Assembly (NCBI GenBank): GCA_964594835.1 | Contig: CAZQNA010000003.1 | Location: 1 to 64,000, forward strand | Origin: an uncultured Nitrososphaerota archaeon | GTDB lineage: Archaea; Korarchaeota; Korarchaeia; Korarchaeales; Korarchaeaceae | Reading direction: 5' to 3' | DNA length: 64,000 nucleotides | Shown: positions 53,805-63,348 of the stretch, piece by piece | How positions within the stretch are numbered: position 1 is the first letter of the stretch | Layout: the number at the start of each line of letters is the position of its first letter | Made by a program: the position numbers and the translations under genes | Notes under the pieces: generated by a model | What the model was told of the DNA's origin: nothing | What the model saw: only the letters and a program-made list of their open reading frames with translations | Databases searched by the model: none

Positions 53805-56077
53805 GGGGCTTGAGACTTATGGGGGACCGCGGACGCGCCTCCCGGGCACAGGCCGTCCTCCTCACGCTGATCGCGCTTGTTCAGGCCACCGCGGTCAACG
53901 CTGGCCCGGGCGCCGTGGAGGGATCGAAGTCGCAGACCGTCTACTACAAGGTGGACCCGGCGGGTGTGGTGTCCGAGGGGTCAGTGGAGGTCCTCATCCG
54001 AATGAGCTCGCCCACCGGGGAAAAGGTAGTCGGGAGCCTGGTGGACAGGGTCCAGCTGGTAGACCCGGGGACCATCTCGCCGCTCCTGGGGACCCCGGGG
54101 CCCTCCTCCATAGAGGACTTCTACGGCCACCAGATACTCGTGTGGCCCGAGGTCAGCGTGGAGCTGGGGGACTCCGAGTTCAGGTACACGGCCCAGACCT
54201 CCGCCCCGCCCCCCCTCCTCGTGAACGTCACCCTCTCGGTTAACGGTGTGCCCGTCTCTCCGGTGGAGCTTGAGGGCGGGTGGTACGTCGAGGTCGACCC
54301 GGGGGACGAGTTCAACCTGACGTTCAGGGTGGAGAACCTGAGGCCCACCGTGAGGACGGACATCAGCTACGGGAAGCCCCCCGTGATGTACACCGTCCAG
54401 GTCAGCCTGTCAAAGTCCCACTTCTCCGAGCCTTCGGGCCACCCCGCCCCCTCCATGGTGTTTCCTACCTCCGACGAGTGGGTGCTCTCGTGGGTCGGCG
54501 TGCTGTGGGACGAGCCGGAGAACGTGACGGTCTCCGCTAGGGTGAGGGTCTCGGCCCCTGAGGGCTTCTTGGACATGCCCTCTATCACGGTCCAGGCCAG
54601 CTACGACGTCTCACCAGTCGTCGAGCAGCTGGAGTCGGCGAGGGACAGCCTGGACGAGATAATAGAGTCCCTCGAGCAGATGAACGACTCCATGGCCCAG
54701 ATGGTCGAGGGCATGGAGGAGCTTTCCTTCTGGCTAGGAGAGGCTCGCTCCAGGCTTAGTGAGGCAGAGGACGGGCTGTACAAGCTCGCGGACGCGCTGG
54801 AGGAGGCTGGGAGGCTCAGCGGGGAGGCGGCCGAGGAGGTGGACCGGGCGGCCGAGGAGGTGGACCACGCCCTTGGGGACGCCAGGTCCGCGCTGGCCGT
54901 GGTGTCGGACCTCAGGCGCAGGGTGGAGGAGTTCCAGGAGTCGTATCAGAACCTCACCTCCGCCATCCGAGACCTGCTGGAGGACCTCAACGTGAGCCTC
55001 CCTGGTCCCCCGCCACAGGGCGGCGTCCTCGCCGCGATAGAGGCGGCGGAGTCGCAGATAGAGTCGGTCCTGAGGAGGGGGGACCAGATCGTCAATTCCA
55101 TGACCGGCCTCGCCTGGGCCATGAGGAACGCCAGCACCTCCTTCGAGTCGGCCGCCGAGATGGCCAGGTCCTCGGCCAAGGACGTCGAGTCCCTCTCCGA
55201 GGCCCTGAGCTTCGCCCAGTCCGCGGCTGACAGGGGGGCCGAGTCGGCCCGAGAGGGGCTTGACGACCTTCAGGAGAGGCTGAAGGATGCCAGATCCCAG
55301 AGGGAGGAGATCCTGCTGAAGATCTCGCTGGCCAAGTCTCCCTGGATCGGCGCCGGAGTGGCGGAGTTCACATCCGGGGGCTCTACGGCGAGGGTGGACC
55401 CCGTGTCGAGCGAGCTCAACGGCAGTTGGGTGACCTGGGCGGTCTCGGCCCTCGGATCCAGCGGGACCGCCGCCGGGGTCGCCGTCCACCTCCAGCAGGG
55501 GGACAGAGCGACCGTGCTGATGCTGGGCCCGGGCGGGTGGGGGGAGGTGAGCCCCGGGGAGCTCGTTCGATACGGGATAGTGTACGACGAGGGAGACTCC
55601 GTCCTGTATCTCCCGGGCCCGCTCAACCTCTCGGCGGACGGCCCGACCAACCTGACGGTCCAGGGAATACCGGTCAGCGTATCCTCCTCCAGGCCTCCAG
55701 CCTACGCCGAGGTGGACCTCGTCTCTGGCCAGCGGCTTGAGGTCGAGAGGAGGGTCATACTGAAGGTGAGCCTCCCGACGCTTGCCGTTGGAATACCCGT
55801 GACGCCCCGCGAGGAAGGGACCCCGGAGACCGCCCCGCCTGAGGCGGCGGGGAGGTCTCGTCCCCAGGTGTGGCCCTTCGCCCTCGGCGCGGCCGCCGTG
55901 GCCGCGGCGGTGATGGCCCTCCGCCTTGCCCAGCAGAGGGCCGAGGAGCGCAGGGTCCTCCTCGCCAGGATAGGGGAGATGGTCTCCCAGCTCGAGGAGT
56001 TGGAGGAGGACATAGTTGACAGGCTCCGGGAGCTTGGGGAGGATGGCGGAGAAGGTGTGGTCGGGGCGGGAGAGTGA
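53801..56077 (+). CDS. Large membrane-anchored coiled-coil protein (YhgE/Pip-like N-terminus)
   Basis: Signal/TM, K.QTVY..VD..G beta domain, long central heptad-rich region, second beta domain, C-terminal TM and cytoplasmic coil. Confidence 0.75.
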   Translation: MRGLRLMGDRGRASRAQAVLLTLIALVQATAVNAGPGAVEGSKSQTVYYKVDPAGVVSEGSVEVLIRMSSPTGEKVVGSLVDRVQLVDPGTISPLLGTPGPSSIEDFYGHQILVWPEVSVELGDSEFRYTAQTSAPPPLLVNVTLSVNGVPVSPVELEGGWYVEVDPGDEFNLTFRVENLRPTVRTDISYGKPPVMYTVQVSLSKSHFSEPSGHPAPSMVFPTSDEWVLSWVGVLWDEPENVTVSARVRVSAPEGFLDMPSITVQASYDVSPVVEQLESARDSLDEIIESLEQMNDSMAQMVEGMEELSFWLGEARSRLSEAEDGLYKLADALEEAGRLSGEAAEEVDRAAEEVDHALGDARSALAVVSDLRRRVEEFQESYQNLTSAIRDLLEDLNVSLPGPPPQGGVLAAIEAAESQIESVLRRGDQIVNSMTGLAWAMRNASTSFESAAEMARSSAKDVESLSEALSFAQSAADRGAESAREGLDDLQERLKDARSQREEILLKISLAKSPWIGAGVAEFTSGGSTARVDPVSSELNGSWVTWAVSALGSSGTAAGVAVHLQQGDRATVLMLGPGGWGEVSPGELVRYGIVYDEGDSVLYLPGPLNLSADGPTNLTVQGIPVSVSSSRPPAYAEVDLVSGQRLEVERRVILKVSLPTLAVGIPVTPREEGTPETAPPEAAGRSRPQVWPFALGAAAVAAAVMALRLAQQRAEERRVLLARIGEMVSQLEELEEDIVDRLRELGEDGGEGVVGAGE

Positions 56078-56107
56078 GGTTAATTCTTTTAGCATGCGGC
56101 GCTGCTT

Positions 56108-56485
56108 GTGGCCCTGGGCCCCGGTGAGAGCTTGGGAGACGTCGAGGAGTCGCGGCGCAGGGCGGTCGAGCAGCTCCTCGCTTTCGGCTTCGCCTCCAGT
56201 GGGTGGGCCACCTTCGAGGTCCTGGCGAGCTTGATGACCAGGAAGCTGAGGGGTGACTGGAGGGAGCAGTTCTACCGCAGCCCCAAGAGGTTCTTCAGGG
56301 CGCTGGTGGAGTCTCTCGGCGGGGACACGATGGCCTACATGGTCCTGAGGATCGCGACGAAGAGGCTCAGGGAGATGGGGATAGACGTGAACGGTTCCGA
56401 GATATACGACGCGCTCAGGAAGGGCGACTCGGCCAGGCTGGTCAGGCTGGTCGACCAGCTCGCCGTCGCCCTCGGCTTCATCTGA
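56108..56485 (+). CDS. NitrOD5/DUF3227-like small protein
   Basis: FY.SPKRF..AL..SLGG..A..VL pattern. Confidence 0.5.
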   Translation: MALGPGESLGDVEESRRRAVEQLLAFGFASSGWATFEVLASLMTRKLRGDWREQFYRSPKRFFRALVESLGGDTMAYMVLRIATKRLREMGIDVNGSEIYDALRKGDSARLVRLVDQLAVALGFI

Positions 56486-56489
56486 GGCC

Positions 56490-57158
56490 TCAGGCCACGA
56501 TCATGTCTATCTTGACGGCCTCGGGACCCTCGTCCTTCGGGAGCAGGGAGACCATTATCTGGGGCTTCGCCGCCCCGAAGTACCTCCTGAGGAACCTCTC
56601 AAAGGCCGAGCCCAGCTCCGGGTCGCTCGCCCTCACGTTGACGCTCACGACCTCCTTCTTGAGGATCTTCATCTGGGTGAAGAACTGGTCGAGGGTGCTC
56701 CTCAGGTCGGCGACCTTCTCCATTATCGTCTCCCCAGCCGGGGTGAACCCCTCCAGTATCAGGATCCCTCCCTCCGTCCGGACCTCGGCCCCCTTCTCAA
56801 CCCTGAGCATCTCTAGGAAGACCCTCTCCTGTATGAGCCTCCTCCTCCTCTCCTCGATTCTCTTCTCTATCTCCCTCTCCCCCAGCATGCTGCCGATCTT
56901 GGAGAAGATGGGATACAGGCTCACCGTGACTATGCCCCAGACGGCGAAGCTCTTCCAAAGCAGCCCCTTGACCTGCTCGAAGCTCGGGAGGGTCTCAGGC
57001 CTGTTGACCCAGCCGATCATGACGTACAGAAGGTAGGCGAGCCAGATCCCTGTGGTGAGGGCCATTCCCACCTGGACTAGGATCGTCCTGTACTTCTCCT
57101 TCGTCCTCTCCAGAAGCTCGATCCTGTCAAGAGCCCCCTCAAAGGTCTCCAGCGACAT
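56490..57158 (-). CDS. Two-TM protein with C-terminal degenerate RidA/YjgF-like domain
   Basis: ATG 57158, two TM helices, coiled linker, then GILILEGFTP..VVSVNV..D..YFG..P..LP..VKIDMIVA. Confidence 0.65.
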   Translation of the reverse strand: MSLETFEGALDRIELLERTKEKYRTILVQVGMALTTGIWLAYLLYVMIGWVNRPETLPSFEQVKGLLWKSFAVWGIVTVSLYPIFSKIGSMLGEREIEKRIEERRRRLIQERVFLEMLRVEKGAEVRTEGGILILEGFTPAGETIMEKVADLRSTLDQFFTQMKILKKEVVSVNVRASDPELGSAFERFLRRYFGAAKPQIMVSLLPKDEGPEAVKIDMIVA

Positions 57159-57182
57159 GTCGAGTCTTAACCCTGAGCGGCA

Positions 57183-57190
57183 GTTATAAC
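57183..57190. promoter_or_regulatory. Palindromic, probably bidirectional TATA box
   Basis: GTTATAAC about 22-25 nt from both divergent start codons. Confidence 0.55.
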
Positions 57191-57211
57191 CTTCCCGTGC
57201 CCCGGCGGAGG

Positions 57212-58456
57212 GTGTCGAGGCTGAAGCTCCTGGCGGTCGCCTCTCCCCTCGATCCCGGACTCGAGGCCTCACTGAGAGGTGCAGCCTTCTCCCTCCTGTC
57301 GTCTGCCGAGTCCCGCGGGGTGGAGGTGGAGTTTCTTGGGCTGAAGAGGAGGCTGGACGAGGAGCCATCGGCCGGCGAGGGGGACCTGGCCCTAGCCGTC
57401 ATGACCGGAGGCACCGAGGCCATGGTCCTGAGGGTCGCCCGGGCCTGGGACGGAGGTGTGGCCCTCCTTGCCACCCCCGTCGCCAACTCCCTAGCCGCCT
57501 CGCTGGAGGCCGCGGCGGCCCTCAGGGCAGAGGGGCGACTCGTCAGGGTGGTGAAGTCAGAGTCCTGGTCCGACGTCCGCTGGGATGCGGTCCTGTCATC
57601 GATCAGGGCCTCGAGAGCCGTTCAGACCCTGACGAGGGCGAGGTTCGCCCTGGTCGGGCCGCCGTCGGACTGGCTGGTGGCGAGCCCGGCCACCCTGGGC
57701 CTACTGGCCGAAAGGGGCGCCAGGCTGGACGAGGTCCCGATGGACGACCTGATGGGAGCCCTCAAGGAGGCCCAGGCGGATCCGCGAGAGGTGGAGGAGG
57801 TCCTCTCAGGCGCCAGGGACTCGGCGGTCAGAGGTGAGGACGTCGAGAGGGCCCTCAGGGTCAAGGTCGCCCTCCAGCGCCTGATCAGGTCCCGGGGATA
57901 CCTCGGCGTCACCGTCAGGTGCTTCGACCTGATACCCGCGGGCATGACGGCCTGCCTGGCGGCCGCCCTGCTGAACGACGCCCACACGATCGTGGGGTGC
58001 GAGGGCGACGTGCCCGCCATGGTCTCCATGGCCCTCCTGGCCGCCCTGTCCGGGTCGCCCGCCTGGATGGCCAACACCACAGACGTAGGTCGGGACTTCG
58101 TCCTGCTCTCCCACTGCACCTTCCCCCTGGGGCTGGCCAGGGGATACTCTCTCAAGACTCACTTCGAGTCGGGGATCAGCGTAGGGGTGGACGCGGAGCT
58201 CCCAGAGGGAGAGAAGGTCACCCTCGCCAGGGTGGACCCGGCTGGGCGCAGGGCCACAGTTGGGTCCGGGGTGGTGAGGGAGTCCTCCATGGGCAGGGAG
58301 GGCATGTGCCGGACTCAGGTTCTGGTCGAACTGCCGAGGGCTGACAGGCTCCTCTCGCTCCCGGTGGGCAACCACTTCGCCCTCACGAGGGGAGACCTGG
58401 CAGACGAAGCCAGCGAGGTTCTCGAGTTCCTAGGGTTCTCGGTGTCCCGCCTATAG
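57212..58456 (+). CDS. L-fucose/L-arabinose isomerase-like protein
   Basis: TGGTE, NSLAASLE, PSDWLVAS, RCFDL, CEGD, HCT, THFESG, CRTQ, GNH. Confidence 0.8.
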   Translation: MSRLKLLAVASPLDPGLEASLRGAAFSLLSSAESRGVEVEFLGLKRRLDEEPSAGEGDLALAVMTGGTEAMVLRVARAWDGGVALLATPVANSLAASLEAAAALRAEGRLVRVVKSESWSDVRWDAVLSSIRASRAVQTLTRARFALVGPPSDWLVASPATLGLLAERGARLDEVPMDDLMGALKEAQADPREVEEVLSGARDSAVRGEDVERALRVKVALQRLIRSRGYLGVTVRCFDLIPAGMTACLAAALLNDAHTIVGCEGDVPAMVSMALLAALSGSPAWMANTTDVGRDFVLLSHCTFPLGLARGYSLKTHFESGISVGVDAELPEGEKVTLARVDPAGRRATVGSGVVRESSMGREGMCRTQVLVELPRADRLLSLPVGNHFALTRGDLADEASEVLEFLGFSVSRL

Positions 58457-58939
58457 GTCCCAGTCCTCGGCTCCAGCCTCGGCCTCGGCGCCGGACTCGG
58501 ACTCGCCCCTGGACTGGCCCCGTCTCTGAGGGCGGGAGGACTCGGTCCTCCCCTCGCTCCCCCTCTTCAGGAGTTCCTGAATCTCCTCCTCGAGCCTCCG
58601 GGTCGCCCTGCTCAGGGCGAGGACCTCGACGGCCAGCCTCTCCTCCTCCTCTATCAAGCTCTCCTCAGCCAGATCCACCGTGAGCTTGACCAGGGCCCCC
58701 ATTCCACCGAGCACGGCAAACAGGGCCATGAACGCGAACATGAGGGTGGGCCTGAGCAGCCACCTGGCCACCTCCTGAACCGACGGCGGCCCCATCAAGG
58801 AGAAGGGAATGAACGGCTCGAGCACGTCCGCGAGGGGATTCGCCAGGAGGAACCCGACGAGAAGTCCCAGCAGCGCCCAGCTGATAATCAGGAAGGCTAT
58901 CCTGACTGCCGTCAGGTAGGCCTTGTCCCACCCGACCAT
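58451..58939 (-). CDS. Hypothetical two-TM protein
   Basis: 162 aa with 2 TM helices and a coiled-coil tail, TATA-like box at ~58965-58975. Confidence 0.7.
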   Translation of the reverse strand: MVGWDKAYLTAVRIAFLIISWALLGLLVGFLLANPLADVLEPFIPFSLMGPPSVQEVARWLLRPTLMFAFMALFAVLGGMGALVKLTVDLAEESLIEEEERLAVEVLALSRATRRLEEEIQELLKRGSEGRTESSRPQRRGQSRGESESGAEAEAGAEDWDL

Positions 58940-59016
58940 CTCAAATCTGGCTGCCCTCCCGCCAATTTTAATAAAGAGGTTCTACGTCTGTCCCACCGCG
59001 TTCCTGATAAGTTGGA

Positions 59017-59907
59017 CTATACGTGGAGCCTCCAGTGAACCCCCCTCTCGTCCGCGACCGCCTCCGCAAGGCCCTCATCGACCAGGTGAGACAGCATGGA
59101 CCTCAGAGTCACGCACGCGAGTATCACGGAGGAGGGCGTGACATCCGCCCCTCCGCGCCTGAGGACCCTGGCGGCCAGCTCCTCCACGCCGAGGGCTCTT
59201 CCCGAGGATGCCTCTCTGGCTAGGCGCGGGAGGTCCTCGAGGGCCCTGAGGTTGGCCTCTATCAGCTCCAGGGCCCTGCCGCCTGAGACGACGGGGCCGT
59301 GGGAGGGCACGACCTTCCTGAACGAGTCGACCTGGCCCTCCAGCTCTCGGAGGGTCTCCAGCGCCCGGGCGTAGTCCTGGTGGTAAGGGACGGCGACCGA
59401 CCTCATGAGCCTGTCTCCGAAGAGGCAGTCTCCCGCGTAGAGGACGCCCGACGGGGCGAGGTAGCTGACGTGGCCGAAGGAGTGCCCGGGCGTCGGGAGG
59501 GCCTGGAGGCCTGCCACCTCCGCGGGGGGCCTGAAGGTCTCGTGGACCCTGGCCGGGAGGGCCTGCAGGGAGTGGATGAAGTCCGAGGGAGGCCTGCCGC
59601 CAAAGGTGAGGGAACCTCTCAGCTCGGGGCTCTCTGCCGCGCAGGCCTCCAGCCTGGGGGCGATCACCCGCGCCCCGGTGGCCTCGGCGAGGCCGTCCAC
59701 GGCCGCGACGTGGTCCGAGTGAGAGTGGGTGAGCGCCACGGTCGTCTCCCCGCCCGTCAGACCAGAGACGAGCCGCGCCAGCTCCCTCGACCTCTCGGCG
59801 GGGTATCCCGGGTCCACTACCGTGATCCCGAAGTCGGTGGGAACCAGCAGCGTCGAGGGAGACCCCGGCAGGAGGAGCAGCCCCTCCCCCAGCTTCCTGA
59901 TCTTCAC
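59017..59907 (-). CDS. MBL-fold metallo-hydrolase
   Basis: THSHSDH, TPGHSFGH, AGD, PSHG, C-terminal wHTH-like region. Confidence 0.92.
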   Translation of the reverse strand: MKIRKLGEGLLLLPGSPSTLLVPTDFGITVVDPGYPAERSRELARLVSGLTGGETTVALTHSHSDHVAAVDGLAEATGARVIAPRLEACAAESPELRGSLTFGGRPPSDFIHSLQALPARVHETFRPPAEVAGLQALPTPGHSFGHVSYLAPSGVLYAGDCLFGDRLMRSVAVPYHQDYARALETLRELEGQVDSFRKVVPSHGPVVSGGRALELIEANLRALEDLPRLAREASSGRALGVEELAARVLRRGGADVTPSSVILACVTLRSMLSHLVDEGLAEAVADERGVHWRLHV

Positions 59908-59937
59908 CCCCCTTCTCCTCGAGGGTCAGCTTTTACC

Positions 59938-60576
59938 TCATGCCGCGTCGAGCCTGGGGATCGCGATTCCCTCCCGCCCCCCAACCACCTCCGCCCTGCC
60001 CTCCAGGAGTAGGGCTCCCGTCACAGCGGCCAGGGCCGCGTCCACCTCGTGCACGTTCCTGATCCCTCCCTCCGGGGGCTCAGCGGAGATGCCCGCGATC
60101 TCCAGGGCCGCGAGAACTCCCTCCGGGGTCCTGGGAACCCCCAGGATCTTGGCCGTCGATCCCGGGTGCACCTCGACGACCCTGAGGCCCCTCGACCTCA
60201 TGACCTCCGCGAGCCTGAGGCCCCTCTCAGTCAGGAGCCTCATGGGGCCGAGGAGCGGCGGGAGGACCCTGAGCCCCCTCCTGATCAGCTCCCTGTCCGA
60301 CTCTCGGAGCCACCCCGTGGTGGGGCGAGACAGGGGGGCGTCCACCGCGACCAGATCGGGCCCTCGAGAGGACGCGAGCTCCAGGATCTCGCCGTCTGTG
60401 AAGACGGTCAGGCACGCCAGCGAATCGGGGGTGAGGACGGCCGCCCCGGTGGGTCTCCCCTCCCTCCCCGCCAGATCTATCCCCAGGACGACCCAGCCCT
60501 TCGACCCGCTCGGGCGGCCGCTCGACGGGGCCCTGGAGTTCGGATCGCGCTTCAACCCACTCCCAGTCGGCGGCAT
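59938..60576 (-). CDS. DUF429 predicted nuclease (RNase H-like fold)
   Basis: GIDLAG, VAVDAPLS, LRESDREL, VEVHP, HEVDA. Start may be TTG 60555. Confidence 0.88.
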   Translation of the reverse strand: MPPTGSGLKRDPNSRAPSSGRPSGSKGWVVLGIDLAGREGRPTGAAVLTPDSLACLTVFTDGEILELASSRGPDLVAVDAPLSRPTTGWLRESDRELIRRGLRVLPPLLGPMRLLTERGLRLAEVMRSRGLRVVEVHPGSTAKILGVPRTPEGVLAALEIAGISAEPPEGGIRNVHEVDAALAAVTGALLLEGRAEVVGGREGIAIPRLDAA

Positions 60577-60608
60577 GGTTCTATATACCCTCCGACCCGC
60601 CTGCGGCG

Positions 60609-61709
60609 ATGGACCTCGATCGGGAGATTCCCCTCCCCTCGCAGCAGGCCATTCTGGCCATGAGGGAGGCTCTCTCCACGTACCTGGAGAGGCTCGCGCT
60701 GAGGATAGACTCGAGCGTCCGCTCCGGGACCTCCGGCGAGTTGAGGGTGATCCTGGGAGAGCCGGTCGACGTCGGCAGTCGGGCGGACCTGGACCTCCTC
60801 GCTGCCGCCGCCGACGGTGGGAGCGTCGTCTACTCGCTGAGCTCGGCGAGCTTCGGGGTGGCGGTGGCGATCTCGCTCCAGCTTAGGGTGGGAGGGTCCG
60901 TGGCCCGCGGCCCGGCCAGGTCGGAGGTCGTTCCCGAGGATCCCTCCGAGGCCGTGACGCTCACCCCGCAGGAGGTTGACCTCGTCCTCTCCCCCCTCAG
61001 GGAGGCCATGGTCGCCGAGGCGGCGCTGACGGCGGTCAGGGGTGGGCTTGGGGAGAGGCCGGACCTCCTCATATTGGACGGGCCGCTGATACCGCCGAAG
61101 CCCGTCTGGCTCGCTCGGAGGGCGAGCGGGCACTCCGGGCTGGCGGCCCGGGCCGTCTCCAGGTACCTCGAGGCTCACTCGCGCCTGATCAGGGCCTCGA
61201 GGGAGGAGGGGGTCACCCTTGTGGGGTTCGTCAAGAGGCCTAGGGCTCACTACCTGTCCGCCCTCGCGGGGGTCGAGGAGTTGGCCCTCAGCGACAGCGC
61301 CGTGGCATCCGAGGTCCTTGGGAGGGTCGGACAGATGGCCCCCGAGGAGCCGATCACCCTCCGCGAGGGGGAGCTGGAGCTCATGCTCGGGGAGGAGGCG
61401 AGGGGCTCCATAGAGCCGGGCTCCATATCCTTCGCCTTCCTCAGGACCTCCAGGAGGAGGCCCCCCTACAGGGTGGACTTCGGCCCGATCCACGAGCCGT
61501 TCGGAGGGCCGGCGGACGTGGCGTCCTACCTAGTGGCGACGGCCGACGCCGACGGCATCCCCATGGCCGTGGTGAAGGCCGACGAGTCCGTCAAGGTCAC
61601 CAGGAGGGTGGCCAGGGACGCCTACCTCGAGTCCATGAGGAGGATGCTCGCCAGGGCCCCCGACGCCCGGAGGGTTCTTCAGCTACTCACCCCAATGTAT
61701 GGTGAGTGA
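60609..61709 (+). CDS. nurA: NurA-family 5'-3' nuclease
   Basis: AAADGGS, E..A, LILDGPL, VGFVKR, LSDS, GIP.AVVKAD..VKV. Confidence 0.85.
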   Translation: MDLDREIPLPSQQAILAMREALSTYLERLALRIDSSVRSGTSGELRVILGEPVDVGSRADLDLLAAAADGGSVVYSLSSASFGVAVAISLQLRVGGSVARGPARSEVVPEDPSEAVTLTPQEVDLVLSPLREAMVAEAALTAVRGGLGERPDLLILDGPLIPPKPVWLARRASGHSGLAARAVSRYLEAHSRLIRASREEGVTLVGFVKRPRAHYLSALAGVEELALSDSAVASEVLGRVGQMAPEEPITLREGELELMLGEEARGSIEPGSISFAFLRTSRRRPPYRVDFGPIHEPFGGPADVASYLVATADADGIPMAVVKADESVKVTRRVARDAYLESMRRMLARAPDARRVLQLLTPMYGE

Positions 61710-61710
61710 C

Positions 61711-63186
61711 ATGCCAGAGGTAGTCGGCCACGTGTTCGAGGAGTCCGGATACTACAGGCCCACCTCCTTCGACGTCGTCCTGAGGGACGGCGTCTCCGTG
61801 GAGCCGGGCGAGTTCCTATGGATCGAGGCCGGGGGGACCAGGGTCTACTACCAGGTCGTCGAGGTGGTCGTGAGGAGGAGGCCAGCCGCCTACGACGAGA
61901 TCATGCTGAAGACGGGGAGGGCAGTCGAGGACGTCGAGTCGGACTTCCCGAGGGCCAGAGTCGAGCAGGTGGGCTTCGTTCGGTCCGGGAGGCTGGAGGC
62001 TTACACGGGGCTTGTCAGGCCCCACGCTGAGGTCTTCAGGGCGGAAGAGGCGGATCTAAGGGCGCTGCTCGGGTGGGAGGGGGAAGGGGCCAGGGGGCCG
62101 AGCGTCCCCCTCGGCGAGGTCAGGCCCGGGGGCCTCGAGCTGAGGCTGAGGGTCTGGGACCTGATGAGGAGGGGCCTCGTCGTCTTTGGCGGGGTCGGCT
62201 CGGGGAAGACGACGACCCTGCTCAACCTCGTGGTCAGGCTGCTCGGGGAGGTGAGGCGGGCCGGAGGGACTCCAAGCGCCCTGGTGGTGGACAAGGACGG
62301 GGAGTACGGACCCGTGCTGAGGGAGAGGCTCGGCGCCGACATCCTGGACGCGAGCAGCCTGGTCCCCTCCGGCGAGGGGGAGGATGTCTACTCCCGGCTG
62401 AGGGATCTGTTGGGAATCCAGGGTAGTTCTAGGGAGGGCAGGGCGCTGAGGAGCGCCGTCTCGGCCACCCTGGGGGGTCTCAAGGGGTCGTTCGACCGGT
62501 CGACGGTCTCTGCCATCAGGGACAGGCTCCGCAGCCTCGGAACCCCGGAGGCCGACTCGGTGGCGGAGAGGCTCAGCGACCTCATGGACTCCATCCCGGA
62601 GCCGGGGGAGGGGGTCCCGGCGGGGGAGCTCGACGGGGTTGTGAGCGGGCGGGTGGTGGTGCTCGACCTGACGAGGGTCGAGGACTGGGACGCCACCTAC
62701 CTCGCGCTCTCTGAGGGGCTGCAGGCCTGCTACAGGAGGGCCCTCTCCGACAGGGGGTTCGGCCTCTTGGTGGTGATGGACGAGGCTCACCTGTTCACTC
62801 CAGAGAGGGGAGGGGTCTCGCTGGCGGAGGACCAGGCCACCAGGGCCCTGAGGTCCACCCTGAAGATAGTCGCCACCACCGGGCCGAGGAACGGGATGAC
62901 GCCCTTCATCGCCACCCAGAGGCCCGCGCTGATCGACAAGACCCTGACGACGCAGCTGGGGCAGAACGTCGTGAGCCACAGGGTAGAGGACGTCGACCTG
63001 GAGAGGGTCGAGGAGATGATAGGGAAGATCGCCGAGGCGGTGAGGCTGTTCCCCGAGGGCAGGGCCGTGGTGAAGAGCACAGCGGCCCCGCTCCCAAGGC
63101 CCGTGGTGGTGGACATCTCGGCGGAGGTCTTCCCGGCCTCGACGGGGTGGACTGCGCTGGACAGGTGGCTGCGGGGGCAGCCCTAA
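61711..63186 (+). CDS. herA: HerA-family ATPase/helicase
   Basis: N-terminal HAS-barrel-like region, GGVGSGKT, VVDKDGEY, VMDEAHLF, ATQRP, coupled to nurA. Confidence 0.88.
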   Translation: MPEVVGHVFEESGYYRPTSFDVVLRDGVSVEPGEFLWIEAGGTRVYYQVVEVVVRRRPAAYDEIMLKTGRAVEDVESDFPRARVEQVGFVRSGRLEAYTGLVRPHAEVFRAEEADLRALLGWEGEGARGPSVPLGEVRPGGLELRLRVWDLMRRGLVVFGGVGSGKTTTLLNLVVRLLGEVRRAGGTPSALVVDKDGEYGPVLRERLGADILDASSLVPSGEGEDVYSRLRDLLGIQGSSREGRALRSAVSATLGGLKGSFDRSTVSAIRDRLRSLGTPEADSVAERLSDLMDSIPEPGEGVPAGELDGVVSGRVVVLDLTRVEDWDATYLALSEGLQACYRRALSDRGFGLLVVMDEAHLFTPERGGVSLAEDQATRALRSTLKIVATTGPRNGMTPFIATQRPALIDKTLTTQLGQNVVSHRVEDVDLERVEEMIGKIAEAVRLFPEGRAVVKSTAAPLPRPVVVDISAEVFPASTGWTALDRWLRGQP

Positions 63187-63348
63187 GACTGTCTCAGCGG
63201 TCTGTGGGCCTCTGTTCCTACGGGAGCCAAACCGATCCTCCAGGCTTCAATCTAAAGACGACTCCGTTCGCTAGAATTTCATCATAGTCCATCTCGACTT
63301 CTTCACACCACGTCAGCTGGTGACCGTAAAGGATCGCTCGTCTGGGAC

